A stretch of 64,000 nucleotides of DNA from Candidatus Bathyarchaeia archaeon (GTDB lineage Archaea > Thermoproteota > Bathyarchaeia > Bathyarchaeales > Bathycorpusculaceae). The notes below the pieces were generated by a model, which did not search any database, had not been told where the DNA came from, and saw only the letters and a list, made by a program, of their open reading frames with translations. Shown here one piece after another: positions 30,498 through 41,032 of this stretch. The stretch spans positions 160,001 to 224,000 of the forward strand of contig JBEKHN010000001.1 in the NCBI GenBank assembly GCA_050012255.1. The letters are read 5' to 3'. A program made the position numbers and the translations under genes. How positions within the stretch are numbered: the stretch's first letter is position 1; the number at the start of each line of letters is the position of its first letter.

Positions 30498-31861
30498 ACC
30501 CCTCTTCCCAAGCCACGGTATATGAAACCTTCCTTTTCTGCCTTCGCCGGTTCTACGATTCTTTCTAAGTCAACGATAGCACTTGGCGTTTTCATCATGA
30601 TCTTCAGTTTGTTAAGACCTAGCCGCTTGAACTGATCGTGGCCTGTGAGTATTACGATGCAGTCTGCGGCCTCAAGGGCTTCTGTTAGGTTTTTCTTGAA
30701 TAGCGGTTTCAAGTCGCCCAGTTCATTCTCCGAGAAGTATGGGTCGTAAAGTCTTATCCTGGCCCCTCTAGCAGTGAGAACCTGTACGACTTGCTTCACG
30801 ATTCTCTTCGGATGGCTTTGGGTGTTGGGCGTCTGCGACAGCCCAAGGAGGGAAACCCTGGATCTTCTAAGCGTTTTTCCACAGCTTCTCAAAGCATCCT
30901 TCACCAAGTTGGCAACGTGCTTTGCTGTCTGTTCGTTTATCTCTCTGGCGGCTGCTGGAATCCGCAACTTCACGTTCTGATTCTCGGCATCCGCCAGCAA
31001 TAGATAGGGTTCCTCTTGGACGTTCTCGTTGGAAAGGACGGGCGGCTCAAGACTACTCACACTTCCAGCCAAGAGCTCGTTTGCCTCAAAATAGTCAACG
31101 CCGATTTTCTCGCAGAAGAGGGCTAGCTCGTTTGCAAGCGCAACGGCGACATCTTTTTGCTGAACTTGGAAGAGGGCAGCCGCCTCTGCTGCTTTCATGT
31201 TTGCAGTCTTTTCTAGACCGCCTCTTGAGACCAGAGCCAACACGGTTGAGGCAGCGTTCAGGCTGTTTCTTTCAGTTGCTGCCACCAGTCGGGGGCGGTC
31301 TGCGGTTGTTGCTGAACCTTGACTGGATAGAACATGGAACGGACTGTATGCTAATCCGAAGTCTGTGCCAACCTTGAACCCGGAACTGTTTTCAAGCGTC
31401 TCTTTAACGGTGCCCTCGACGATGCCTATCCCAATTAGCTTCACGAAGATGACAAGCGACCCGAGTCGAAGACTTGAGCCTATTCGTTTGCACACACCCT
31501 CCACGTTTGAGTAGTCAGGCTTTTTCCTACCGTCAGTTCTCACTGGAATTGTGACCACGATTATGTCACTCGGGGAGACTGCTTTCTTAATGTCGCTTGT
31601 TGCAGTTAAACGGCCTTTCCTCACTTGCTCTTTTATCTTCCCCTCTGTTTCGCTTCGTGAAAACGGAGTTCTTCCTCTGGCAACGTTGTTGACCACGTTC
31701 TGGTCTGCGTCAAAGCACACGACTTTGAAACCAGCTTCGGCGAAAAGTGCAGCGTGGTGAATTCCGACCTGTCCGCAGCCTACTATGCACACAGTGTATT
31801 TTCCGCATTTCTCGACGGTGTTGAGGTCTTCAGGTTTTGCGTTCATTATCGGCAAGGACAT
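30485..31861 (-). CDS. UDP-sugar 6-dehydrogenase (WecC/WbpA-like) homologue with degenerate active site
   Basis: GCGQVG, DFGLAYSP, ALANELA, AAREINE, YDPY, LTGHDQF, GFIYRGLG; catalytic GGHC motif absent. Confidence 0.8.
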   Translation of the reverse strand: MSLPIMNAKPEDLNTVEKCGKYTVCIVGCGQVGIHHAALFAEAGFKVVCFDADQNVVNNVARGRTPFSRSETEGKIKEQVRKGRLTATSDIKKAVSPSDIIVVTIPVRTDGRKKPDYSNVEGVCKRIGSSLRLGSLVIFVKLIGIGIVEGTVKETLENSSGFKVGTDFGLAYSPFHVLSSQGSATTADRPRLVAATERNSLNAASTVLALVSRGGLEKTANMKAAEAAALFQVQQKDVAVALANELALFCEKIGVDYFEANELLAGSVSSLEPPVLSNENVQEEPYLLLADAENQNVKLRIPAAAREINEQTAKHVANLVKDALRSCGKTLRRSRVSLLGLSQTPNTQSHPKRIVKQVVQVLTARGARIRLYDPYFSENELGDLKPLFKKNLTEALEAADCIVILTGHDQFKRLGLNKLKIMMKTPSAIVDLERIVEPAKAEKEGFIYRGLGRGVWTK

Positions 31862-31894
31862 ATGATTCTTCTCTCCCAGAAGGGTATTGGAGGT

Positions 31895-33277
31895 TTAACG
31901 GTTCAGGTTGGCAACTATTTTCCTAAGCCTTAGGGTGTACTCTTTGACAAGCTTTTGGGCTTTTCGCTCCGTCTTGGCCTCTGCGTACAGTCTGTAGATA
32001 GGTTCTGTCCCGCTTGGTCTGATCAGGATGGCTTGTCCGTCTTTGAACCAGATTTTGACGCCGTCGATGGTGTTTATGTTCAATCCTTTCACGTCCGAGA
32101 TCAACTTTTCTAGAACCTTTTCCTTGAGCTCCTCTTTGCATTCGACCTTGTCTTTTTCAATGAAGTACTGTGGCAGTTCTCGGATTAGTTTTGAAAGCTT
32201 CTCCCCAGTTCTGGCCATTATCTGTAATATCAGAGCGGTGGACATCGCCCCGTCTCGAACTGGCTGATGGGGTCCGTAGAAGATTCCTCCGTTTTCTTCT
32301 CCGCCGAGCTTGGCCTTCAACTTCTTCATAGTTTGCGCAACTGTGACGCTTCCCACTTTGGTCCACACGATTTTTCCCTTGTAGGCGTCGGCTATGTCCT
32401 TTATCAAGCTTGAAGAACTCACTGGAGTGACAATCTTTTCATTCGGGTTGTCTTTTAGAAAGTATTTTTCTACGAGAGCGAAGCTCTCATCGCCCATGTG
32501 GATCTGTCCTTTTTCATCGACGAAAATGGACCGATCAGCGTCACCGTCGTATGCTACGCCCAAATCTGCGCGCATGGCTTTCACGGTCAATGCCAAGTCC
32601 CTGAGGTTCTCAGGGCGGGGTTCAGGAGGCCTTCCAGGAAATGTTCCATCAATGTTTGCGTTTATGGTTGTAACCTTGCATTCTAGTTCGCGAAGCAATC
32701 GGGGCGCAGCCAACGCGCCCACGCTGTTTGCTGCATCAACCACAACATGGAAGTGTTTCCTAGATATTGCTGCAGTGTCCACGTGCTTTTCTACAGCCTT
32801 GACATAGTCGTCGATTACTCCTGGCAGGTCGCGCGTCTCTCCGACATCACTCCATTTCGAAAACCTCATCCTTTCGTTGAAGTATACGTCCTCGACTGCA
32901 ATTTCCTGTTCGCGCGAAATCTCCACGCCATCATTCCAAACAACTTTTATCCCGTTGTATTCTGGCGGGTTGTGCGAAGCCGTTATTATTACTCCGCCTC
33001 CGAGCTTGTTGTACTTCACTGCGTACTGCAGCGCTGGAGTAGGTGCCATCCCCGCTAGAAGCACGTTGCATCCTGTTGCGTTCAACCCGGCTACAACAGC
33101 CTTTGCAAGCATCGGCCCGCTTGTCCTAGCATCATAGCCCACCAAAAGAGTTCCATTCTCAAAGAACGTACCTATTGCGCATCCAACTTTCACCGCCATT
33201 TCAGGTGTCAATTCTTCATTGACAAGCCCACGGATGCCGTTCGTGCCGAACAAGCGTCTCGCACTCAACATGTTCAA
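31895..33277 (-). CDS. Phosphoglucosamine mutase / PMM-PGM
   Basis: FGTNGIRG, TASHNP, DGDADR, GEENG, RPSGTEP. Confidence 0.93.
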   Translation of the reverse strand: MNMLSARRLFGTNGIRGLVNEELTPEMAVKVGCAIGTFFENGTLLVGYDARTSGPMLAKAVVAGLNATGCNVLLAGMAPTPALQYAVKYNKLGGGVIITASHNPPEYNGIKVVWNDGVEISREQEIAVEDVYFNERMRFSKWSDVGETRDLPGVIDDYVKAVEKHVDTAAISRKHFHVVVDAANSVGALAAPRLLRELECKVTTINANIDGTFPGRPPEPRPENLRDLALTVKAMRADLGVAYDGDADRSIFVDEKGQIHMGDESFALVEKYFLKDNPNEKIVTPVSSSSLIKDIADAYKGKIVWTKVGSVTVAQTMKKLKAKLGGEENGGIFYGPHQPVRDGAMSTALILQIMARTGEKLSKLIRELPQYFIEKDKVECKEELKEKVLEKLISDVKGLNINTIDGVKIWFKDGQAILIRPSGTEPIYRLYAEAKTERKAQKLVKEYTLRLRKIVANLNR

Positions 33278-33293
33278 ACTTCCTCTATAGTCA

Positions 33294-34379
33294 TCAAGCA
33301 GAATTGGAAATCAACACGCTTTCACTGACTTCCGTTGCTGGGCAGATCGAAGTTCCCGGGGCTAGTGAAACGTCGTCTCTTATTTCAGCGTGATCGCCGA
33401 TTATGCAGCCTTTTGGAATGTAGGCACTTTTTCCAACATGAACGCCCTCGCCAATTATGGCGCCGTCTATTGTGGCAAAATCGGATATCACTGTTCCTGA
33501 CAGAACAATGGAGTCTTGAATGCGAACGTTCTTTCCAACTGCAACTTTGGGTCCTAGAACCGCGTATGGACCGATAACCGACTGTTTTCCTATCAAGACG
33601 TTCTTGCCGAAAGCCACAGCATCCTTGATTTCAACGTTGTCTCCGCCTTTCATTTTTCTTTGACCCCTAGTATGATTGAGCATGACCTTGTTCAGCTCCA
33701 GATAATCCTCTGGCTTGCCTATGTCCGCCCAAAAACCATCAAAAACGTAACCATAGAGCATTTTTTCTTGCGCAAGCCTAGGAAAAACCTCTCGTTCGAT
33801 CGACACCGCTCGCCCTTCCGGAATATAGTCGAAGATCTTCGGGCTGAAAACGTAGACTCCAGCATTGATTAAGGCGGGGGAAACGCTTCCTACAGGGGGC
33901 TTTTCAATGAATCTCGAAATGCGGTCGCCCTCTGACAGCTCTGCAACCCCATACCTACTTGGATCCTGCACTTTGTGAAGCGCTATGGTTGCCACACCTT
34001 TCTTCTTCTCGTGCAGACTCAGGATTTCTCTGTAGTTAACGTCGGCAAATATGTCCCCGTTAAGGACTATGAAGGGGGACTCGTGTCCAACCCGCTTTTC
34101 AGCCTTCTTAATTGAACCGCCAGTTCCGAGGGGCTTTCTCAGCGGATCGTGAGAATAGGTGACGTGCACCCCCGATCTTGGAACCCTGTGATGTTTTATG
34201 TAGACTTCGGTTTGATAGAAGACCGCAAGTGTTACATCTTTAACGTTGTTTAACGCGAGTCTTTCGAAAGTCCACTGGAGCAGTGGCTTGTTGAGTATTG
34301 GAAAAAGAATCTTCGGGCGTGTGCAGCTTAAAGGTCTGAGTCTTGTGCCGAAACCGCCAGCGAGGATCACTGCCTTCAA
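33294..34379 (-). CDS. NDP-sugar pyrophosphorylase (mannose-1-phosphate guanylyltransferase-like) with left-handed beta-helix tail
   Basis: ILAGGFGTRLRP, PK, LGTGG, NGD, EKP, DIGKP; start set at TTG 34379. Confidence 0.9.
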   Translation of the reverse strand: MKAVILAGGFGTRLRPLSCTRPKILFPILNKPLLQWTFERLALNNVKDVTLAVFYQTEVYIKHHRVPRSGVHVTYSHDPLRKPLGTGGSIKKAEKRVGHESPFIVLNGDIFADVNYREILSLHEKKKGVATIALHKVQDPSRYGVAELSEGDRISRFIEKPPVGSVSPALINAGVYVFSPKIFDYIPEGRAVSIEREVFPRLAQEKMLYGYVFDGFWADIGKPEDYLELNKVMLNHTRGQRKMKGGDNVEIKDAVAFGKNVLIGKQSVIGPYAVLGPKVAVGKNVRIQDSIVLSGTVISDFATIDGAIIGEGVHVGKSAYIPKGCIIGDHAEIRDDVSLAPGTSICPATEVSESVLISNSA

Positions 34380-34448
34380 ATCTTTTCCACCGCGTCCAGA
34401 GTGCAGACTTATATTCAGTCGGCTCGTAATAAAACCGTTTCGTGAAAG

Positions 34449-35216
34449 GTGAACGGCTTGAAAGTCTTGCTTCATGAGATGAGTTGGCAGGAAGCCAAGG
34501 AGTATTTTGCTAAGAGCGACATCGCCATCATCCCAGTGGGGTCAAACGAACAGCACGGGCCTCCTAACCCCTTAGGCACGGACCACCTGATTGCCAAAGG
34601 CATTGCTGAGGAAGTGGCCAAACGTACAGGGGTTATGTGCCTCCAAGTCATACCGTTCGGCGTGAGCTCTCATCACAAGCAGTTCTGGGGAACGATTTTT
34701 GTTTCTGCCAGAACCTTCAAGAAGTACGTTAAAGAAACTTGTCTGGCACTCCAATACTACGGAGTACGTAGAATAGTGATCGTCAACGGCCACGGAGGCA
34801 ACCTGGCTGCGCTCACCGAGTTGGCGAGAGAGCTGAGAGAAGACGGAGTCTTCGTGTCTATCTTTCAATGGTGGACGGCCACGGGCAAACTTCTGCCCAG
34901 ACTTTTCGGGAACGACGAGAGAAGGCACGCGGCTGCTGAGGAGACCTCGTTGAACCTTGCCATGCACCCCCATTTGGTCAACGTGAGCAGAGCGGTGGAT
35001 GAAGAACCAGGCAAGCACAAGCTTGAGGCCGCTGGCATAACGCTTCCCCTAGGGACAGTGGATGAAACGAGTTCGGGCGCTTTTGGTAAGACATCAACAG
35101 CCTCTGTCGCGAAGGGGAGAAAGGACTTTGAAGCAGTTGTCAAAGAGCTTGCTAGACACGTTGAACTGTTGAAAGGAACGAAGATGAAAGATTTGCTTGA
35201 GAAACCTAAAGTGTGA
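34449..35216 (+). CDS. Creatininase/amidohydrolase family protein
   Basis: PVGSNEQHG, GTD, NGHGGN, HAA.EETS. Confidence 0.9.
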   Translation: MNGLKVLLHEMSWQEAKEYFAKSDIAIIPVGSNEQHGPPNPLGTDHLIAKGIAEEVAKRTGVMCLQVIPFGVSSHHKQFWGTIFVSARTFKKYVKETCLALQYYGVRRIVIVNGHGGNLAALTELARELREDGVFVSIFQWWTATGKLLPRLFGNDERRHAAAEETSLNLAMHPHLVNVSRAVDEEPGKHKLEAAGITLPLGTVDETSSGAFGKTSTASVAKGRKDFEAVVKELARHVELLKGTKMKDLLEKPKV

Positions 35217-35397
35217 GCATTAACTTGAAGTGATGCCTGGATCGATTAGGCTTAGCACGTGCCATTGGGCCTCCTTGTGAAGCTTATTGAAGAATCGAAG
35301 CCGTCTGTACAAAGATGCGCTTCATTACTGATTTGGGAGGCAAATGTTAAGTGTTTCTTGCAGCAATTGGATAAGTGCACATTGACCGTGATGAAAT

Positions 35398-35841
35398 ATG
35401 CAGTTGGACGAGACAGATGTCAAAATTCTAAGGGCGTTGACCCTGGACTCGAGGCTTTCCTCAAGGCAGATAGCCAAGCAATGTGGCATTTCGGTGGGCA
35501 CAGTGCTGTCAAGAATAAGGAAGATGGAAGACGAAGGCATAATAAAGGGATACGCAGCGCTTCTCGACCAAGAAAAACTCGGCTACGAGCTGACGGTTGT
35601 GACAGAAATAACCGTTTCCAAGGGAAGACTCCTAGAGATGGAAAACGAGATCGCACGCATCCCTAACGTGTGCTGCGTTTACGACCTGACCGGCTTGTCA
35701 GACGCCGCGATAATCGCAAAATTCAAGAACCGCGAAGACCTCAGCAAGTTCACAAAACGTCTCTTGTCACTACCTTACGTGGAACGAACGAACACGCATG
35801 TCGTGTTAACCACGATTAAAGAAGATTTTCGCATAATCTGA
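35398..35841 (+). CDS. Lrp/AsnC transcription regulator
   Basis: LDETDVKIL HTH, EGIIKGY, LTGLSD. Confidence 0.93.
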   Translation: MQLDETDVKILRALTLDSRLSSRQIAKQCGISVGTVLSRIRKMEDEGIIKGYAALLDQEKLGYELTVVTEITVSKGRLLEMENEIARIPNVCCVYDLTGLSDAAIIAKFKNREDLSKFTKRLLSLPYVERTNTHVVLTTIKEDFRII

Positions 35842-35941
35842 AGAGCTAAACGCTCAACTATCCCTTCTTATTGCCCAACGTACAATGGGCAAGATTTAAT
35901 TTAGACCAAAGGTTACGAGATAGAGCGACTACTTCATCAGG

Positions 35942-36029
35942 GCGGGGGTTGCCAAGCATGGCTAAAGGCGTAGGCCTGAGGCGCCTATCCCGCAGGGGTT
36001 CGTGGGTTCAAATCCCACCCCCCGCACCA
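35942..36029 (+). tRNA. tRNA-Leu(GAG), long variable arm, encoded CCA, no intron
   Basis: Acceptor GCGGGGG/CCCCCGC-A-CCA, anticodon arm TAGGC-CTGAGGC-GCCTA, T arm GTGGG-TTCAAAT-CCCAC. Confidence 0.95.
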
Positions 36030-36162
36030 CAATTTCCGCCATTTTGAGCTTATTTCAGCTGAACAAGCTCAATTTATAACGTTGCAGGTGCCCCCGCGGG
36101 GTGTCTTTCGAATCTCTTCATTGACGATTCTTGAAATGACCAACGAATACTAGTTTCTGATG

Positions 36163-37257
36163 CTAGTCTTCTCTCCACTTGAATATTCTCGCTGCAGCTG
36201 CGAAGGCGACGATCGTGATTATCGAGACTACTATCAGGTCTATCGTTGCCTGTGCATAGTTGTTGTATATCATAACCCCGTTGAGTCCGTCGATGATATA
36301 GAAGAGGGGCAGGACATGTGCCAAGTATTGCAGATACGTGGGCATGAGCGAGATTGGGAAAAACGTGCCTGAGAGAAACATCATTGGGAAGGTTACGATG
36401 TTTCCGACGACGCTGGCTGTTTCGGTGCTCTTTGAGATGGTTCCCACCAGCATGCCCAGCGAAGCGAAGAACATCGGTCCAAGTATCAGGAACGGTATGA
36501 GCCACAGTGAGAGCGCAACATGTGCGCCGAAGGCGATGACCCCAACGGCAACCATCAATAGAAATGACGCCACTGACAGGAGAATATAGAAGAGTACTTT
36601 GGAGGCTAGCCACTCGATCTTGGTGAGAGGAGTCAAAGATAACTGTTTGAAAAGCTTTGTTCTCTTGTACTCGGAGGATATGTTCACTAGGGAAAACATC
36701 GGACTGATGAGTATTGAAAAGCCGATCAGGCCCGGAACGAGGAAATCGATGTATTTGGTCACCTGAGAATTGGCTGTAGTCTGAGTTATACCGATGATCG
36801 GTGAACCCCCCGCGCGCGCTAGGTTAAACCCGTTTACCACTCCGTTTACGGTTCCGCTCACGATGGCGCTGGAGCTTTGAGAAGGATTGCCATAGAGTGT
36901 CACGTTGACAGGCTTGCCGGTTGCGTAATTGGCCGAGAAATCTGGTGGAATGATTATCCCGTCGGACGCGGAATGAGCTGAGAGGTATTGAGAGAAGTCT
37001 TCAGAATTATTCACCAATACCAGGCTAACTGTGCCTGTCTTGGTAAGGTTGCCCAGGAAAAAGTTGGAGATTGGACCTGTGTCTTGGTTTTGAACGTAGA
37101 CCGTTATCGTCCCGGAAAAGCCTGACGAGAAAATAGCACCGAAAATAAGTATAAGAATCACTGGGAAAATCAGACCGAAGAACAATCCTGCCGCATTTCT
37201 CAGATATCCCCGGCCGAACAGGCGAAGGTCAGAAACGATTCTTCTTGCACTGGCCAT
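36163..37257 (-). CDS. ABC-2 type transporter permease
   Basis: Multiple TM helices, FLVPGLIG, FLSGTFFP. Confidence 0.9.
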   Translation of the reverse strand: MASARRIVSDLRLFGRGYLRNAAGLFFGLIFPVILILIFGAIFSSGFSGTITVYVQNQDTGPISNFFLGNLTKTGTVSLVLVNNSEDFSQYLSAHSASDGIIIPPDFSANYATGKPVNVTLYGNPSQSSSAIVSGTVNGVVNGFNLARAGGSPIIGITQTTANSQVTKYIDFLVPGLIGFSILISPMFSLVNISSEYKRTKLFKQLSLTPLTKIEWLASKVLFYILLSVASFLLMVAVGVIAFGAHVALSLWLIPFLILGPMFFASLGMLVGTISKSTETASVVGNIVTFPMMFLSGTFFPISLMPTYLQYLAHVLPLFYIIDGLNGVMIYNNYAQATIDLIVVSIITIVAFAAAARIFKWRED

Positions 37258-37262
37258 TCGTC

Positions 37263-38228
37263 CTAGCGCCTCCCCTGATCACGCGAATTTTCACCGGCAT
37301 TCTCAACTCTGATCTCGCCCTTCTCATCGATCCTTCCGCTTACAAGTTTGACAAACACGTCGTCCAAACTGTCACGGCGCGTGTGAAGGTCGCGCCATTC
37401 GAGTCCTGACCGCTCAACAGCTGTCAAGGCCGCTAGCGCATCATGCTTCTGACTGATCGGTATGCTGACCAAACCCTTGCCGTTGTACTCAGCCTTCAGC
37501 TTCGTGTTCGCCCTGACGTAGGCGGCCAACTCCTCTGTTCCATGGATTTCCAACCTTTCCCCCGAACCATGAGTTTCAATGATATCTTCAGAAGTTCCTA
37601 TAGCCACTATGCGCCCATGATCCATGATGGCAACCCTGTCGGAAAGCTGCTCAGCCTCATCGAGATAATGAGTAGTCAGAATCACCGTTCTGCCCTTACT
37701 CCTCAACCCTCTTATCACGTCCCAAATCGCTCTTCTCGCGTTCGGATCAAGCCCCGTGGTCGGTTCATCAAGGAAAAGAAGCTCAGCAGAATTCACGAGT
37801 GCGAGCGCAAGACCCAGCTTCTGCTTCTGCCCTCCTGAAAGATTTTCAAAAAGGGAATGTGCTGAATCGTCCAGTAAAACTTCTTTCAAAATCACATCTG
37901 GGTCGACGCTGACACCGAAAAGATCCGCGTAGTATTTCACCGCCTCTCTAGGGTTTGCTTTGTCAAAGAACGTAAAGTCTTGCGGTATCACTCCAATTCT
38001 CCTGTGAAGCGCGTAGCTGTTTCCCCACGGATCGAGACCGAGCACCTTCATCGTACCGTCGTCTCGTTTCCGCAGACCCTCCAAAATCTCTATCAGCGTT
38101 GTCTTACCAGCGCCGTTTGGGCCGAGAAGAGCGAAAACTTCGCCTTCGTTAACCGAAAAGGAAACTCCATCAACCGCCTTCACGTTGCCATACGATTTTT
38201 TCAGAGAAGAGATTTCAACCGGAATCAT
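37263..38228 (-). CDS. ABC transporter ATP-binding protein
   Basis: GPNGAGKT, LSGGQ, LDEPTTGLD, TTHY. Confidence 0.95.
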   Translation of the reverse strand: MIPVEISSLKKSYGNVKAVDGVSFSVNEGEVFALLGPNGAGKTTLIEILEGLRKRDDGTMKVLGLDPWGNSYALHRRIGVIPQDFTFFDKANPREAVKYYADLFGVSVDPDVILKEVLLDDSAHSLFENLSGGQKQKLGLALALVNSAELLFLDEPTTGLDPNARRAIWDVIRGLRSKGRTVILTTHYLDEAEQLSDRVAIMDHGRIVAIGTSEDIIETHGSGERLEIHGTEELAAYVRANTKLKAEYNGKGLVSIPISQKHDALAALTAVERSGLEWRDLHTRRDSLDDVFVKLVSGRIDEKGEIRVENAGENSRDQGRR

Positions 38229-38370
38229 TCGAAGTACAACCTCACTCAGCCATCCCCTTCACAGAATCTTTCGGAACTAGCATGGCCCATTGTGCGCAAC
38301 TGTTCTGCGTCAGGTTGTGTATTGTTGGAGATATAGTTTTTGGATGGCGGTTGTCAGTTTGTGACTATGT

Positions 38371-39240
38371 TTAGCTTCGATAGAAGTTTCTTGACGGTTT
38401 TACTGCTCTGCCGGTTTTGATGAAGGTGCCTTGATCAAGCTCTTGGAAGGCTTTTGCCAACTCCTCCTGAGTGTTCATAACGATAGGTCCCCCCCAAGCT
38501 ACAGGTTCTTTTAACGGCTTTCCTGATACAAACAAGAAGCGGATGCCACCTTCTGTTGTTATTCTGACGCTGTCGCCCTCACTGAACAAGGCACATTTTT
38601 GGGATTCGATCAGTTTGTCATCGAAATAGCCTGAACCCTTAATTACGTAGGCAAACACGTTGCTGTCCCTTTCCGTTGAGTGTTCGAACGTTTTGGAAGC
38701 AGCTAATTCCACATCGAAATAATCAACATCAACCACAAGATCTTGAACTGGCCCTTTAGTCCCATCGATTGTCCCCGCTATTACCTTGATCTCAGCTCCC
38801 TCTTTTTCCAGCACTGGAATTTGGTTTCCAGTGATTCCGCGGTATCTCGGGTCAATCATCTTTTTCTTTGCGGGCAGATTCACCCAAAGTTGGAATCCCT
38901 GCATCAAGCCCTCATATCTTCTAGGCATTTCCTGATGGATTATCCCTGACCCGGCAGTCATCCATTGAACGTCACCTGTTCTAATCAACCCACTGTTACC
39001 TATGCTGTCACCATGCTCAACTTGTCCACTCAGCATATAAGTGACAGTTTCAATCCCCCTATGAGGGTGCCATGGAAATCCCCTGATGTAGTCCTCAGGG
39101 TTTTCTGAACCAAAATTGTCCAGAAGCAAGAAGGGGTCAAACAGTGGAACCTCATTATAGCCAAAAACTCGCTTGAGTCTGACACCTGCGCCCTCTATCG
39201 TTGCCTTACTCTTCAGAATCTGCTTTACATTTCTTTTCAC
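38371..39240 (-). CDS. Pirin family protein
   Basis: HPHRGIETVT, WMTAGSGIIHQE, QLWVNLP, GPIVMNT. Confidence 0.95.
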   Translation of the reverse strand: MKRNVKQILKSKATIEGAGVRLKRVFGYNEVPLFDPFLLLDNFGSENPEDYIRGFPWHPHRGIETVTYMLSGQVEHGDSIGNSGLIRTGDVQWMTAGSGIIHQEMPRRYEGLMQGFQLWVNLPAKKKMIDPRYRGITGNQIPVLEKEGAEIKVIAGTIDGTKGPVQDLVVDVDYFDVELAASKTFEHSTERDSNVFAYVIKGSGYFDDKLIESQKCALFSEGDSVRITTEGGIRFLFVSGKPLKEPVAWGGPIVMNTQEELAKAFQELDQGTFIKTGRAVKPSRNFYRS

Positions 39241-39469
39241 CGTTTCACCACACAGCTATCCACTCTATTTCTCGCCTGACTCTTAGAGTTAATGCTTCGA
39301 TCCAATCCACTTCTCACAACCTAATAGGAAGAGGCGGTTCCTGCAGGAAGTGCAGATATCACAATTGTGCGCCAGTAATCTCCAATGTTGAGCCACCGAT
39401 GGAAATGTCCAATACGCACGATAGTTCAACAGCATAAACTAGACCGCACACACGGGCAGAGTCAGCTTC

Positions 39470-39684
39470 GGCAGCCAGAGAAATCACGAATGCTAAACAG
39501 AGGATTAAGGTGAGTAAGAATGGTTCTTATCTTGTTTCTGGCGGAATTCCCATGGTCGAACAGATAATCCGTACCGACGCCGAAGGAACTCCCATTGAGT
39601 GGCGTGCTGGAAAGAGATACCCATTACAGGAAAAACCATTACAGGAAAAATGGCCTTTGCCGTTGTGGGCGATAGCGCGCGCGC
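39470..39684 (+). pseudogene. Remnant of a CDGSH iron-sulfur domain protein
   Basis: RIKVSKNGSYLVSGGIP...WRAGKRYPLQEK, then frameshifted LCRCG (39655-39669), ending at (GC)5; 15-bp tandem duplication at 39621-39650. Confidence 0.65.
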
Positions 39685-40058
39685 CAGCGCGTTCCTAAAT
39701 TCTTTCGGGAAGCAGCTTGCGCTACTCATTCTGCTCTTCAACCATATTTGGCTCCAAATATGCATGATACATTGAAACCGAGGAGGGGTACCAAAGGCCG
39801 CCCCACGTTCATGCGCATGAAAAGAAGACTCTGCTGCATCGCGGACAAATACAACGTTGGGTCACATAACATACCCGGGGGGGTGTGAGAGCAAGCAAGC
39901 ACCCAGCCAAACCGTGACGGTAACTATCGAGAAACGTCATGCCTTCCTCTTGAGCGGAATCTAGGAATTCAGGAACAAGCATAGGCGCTTTCCGAAAATG
40001 CTTTAGCGCCCTGAGAAAGCTATTTTTCGCTGTCTCCGCATTGTTATCGTGTCAGCTT

Positions 40059-40355
40059 ATGTCAGAAGCGATCACTGGATTGGCAGCAAGATTCTATGCG
40101 TTTGCATCGAAGAGAATTTCTTTGATCAAAGACTTTCATGACACTGTGGCAGACGAGATTCTTGGACGAATTTCGTCAGGAACAGTACTGGACATCGGAA
40201 CAGGCCCAGGAGATCTTTTAGAGAAGGTTGCTTCACTTAATCGGAACCTGGGCGTTCGGCAGAAGAAAATAGTCTTCACATGGTTTTTCAAAGAGGAAGA
40301 TACCCCAATAGATAAACGAAAACGCTTAAGGCTCAAATCAGCTATTTTGCCATGA
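40059..40355 (+). pseudogene. Truncated class I SAM methyltransferase
   Basis: VLDIGTGPG motif I, but similarity appears to stop near 40250 before later motifs. Confidence 0.6.
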
Positions 40356-40364
40356 GCCATTCAC

Positions 40365-41009
40365 ATGAACCGAGCCCGCTTAAGAAATCCTTACGCCTTA
40401 ACAGCAGTCTACCTAGTCTTGGTATTTCTAATAGGCATATTAGTTGTCTTATTGCCACTCAATGGAATGGAATGCAATATTGTCTTTAACGTACAGAATT
40501 TTGTTCAAAAGACCATAGGATTACAAGCCTTCCAAGTCTTGACATACTTAGGTGACTTCTACTTATGGGTCATTTTTGCTTCTGTCTACTTTTTTTACGC
40601 CTACTTCAAGTCAAGAAAGCATTTTGGTTCCGCAAGTGAACTTGCGATCTTCTTAGTCATAACGACCGGGCTCACCTATTTCATAAAGATGGTTTTTGTC
40701 CGTCCGAGACCCAACTGTTCCAGCATCAGCGTCTATGACGAGGACCTTATTTCTTCGTTTTCATACCCTTCTGGCCATGTTTCCAGAGCCGTCGGCGCAT
40801 TCATAATTCTGTCGAGAGGAAGCGGAACCAGACAATCACTGGCAGCGGTAGCTATATTCTTAGTTTCTTTCAGCAGAATCGTTCTCGGGGCACACTATTT
40901 GACAGATGTTGTCGGCGGAATATTTCTCTCACTTGCAGCACAAGGACTTGCCAACCTTAGCCTGTCGTTTCTGGCACGCTCGAGTGCGAATCGGCGCAGC
41001 TCTATTTAG
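40365..41009 (+). CDS. PAP2 family membrane phosphatase
   Basis: KxxxxRPRP, SYPSGH, SRIVLGAHYLTDV. Confidence 0.92.
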   Translation: MNRARLRNPYALTAVYLVLVFLIGILVVLLPLNGMECNIVFNVQNFVQKTIGLQAFQVLTYLGDFYLWVIFASVYFFYAYFKSRKHFGSASELAIFLVITTGLTYFIKMVFVRPRPNCSSISVYDEDLISSFSYPSGHVSRAVGAFIILSRGSGTRQSLAAVAIFLVSFSRIVLGAHYLTDVVGGIFLSLAAQGLANLSLSFLARSSANRRSSI

Positions 41010-41032
41010 ATAAGAGTCGTACAAAAAAGGAA

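Noticed and set aside
34380-34475. Overlap of the nucleotidyltransferase ORF with the creatininase gene
   Set aside because: Artefact of choosing the longest start; family homology begins at 34379
36811-36819. CGCGCGCGC run as a deletion scar
   Set aside because: Lies in an intact permease frame (LARAGG); several GCGCGC hexamers also occur in intact genes, so short runs alone prove nothing
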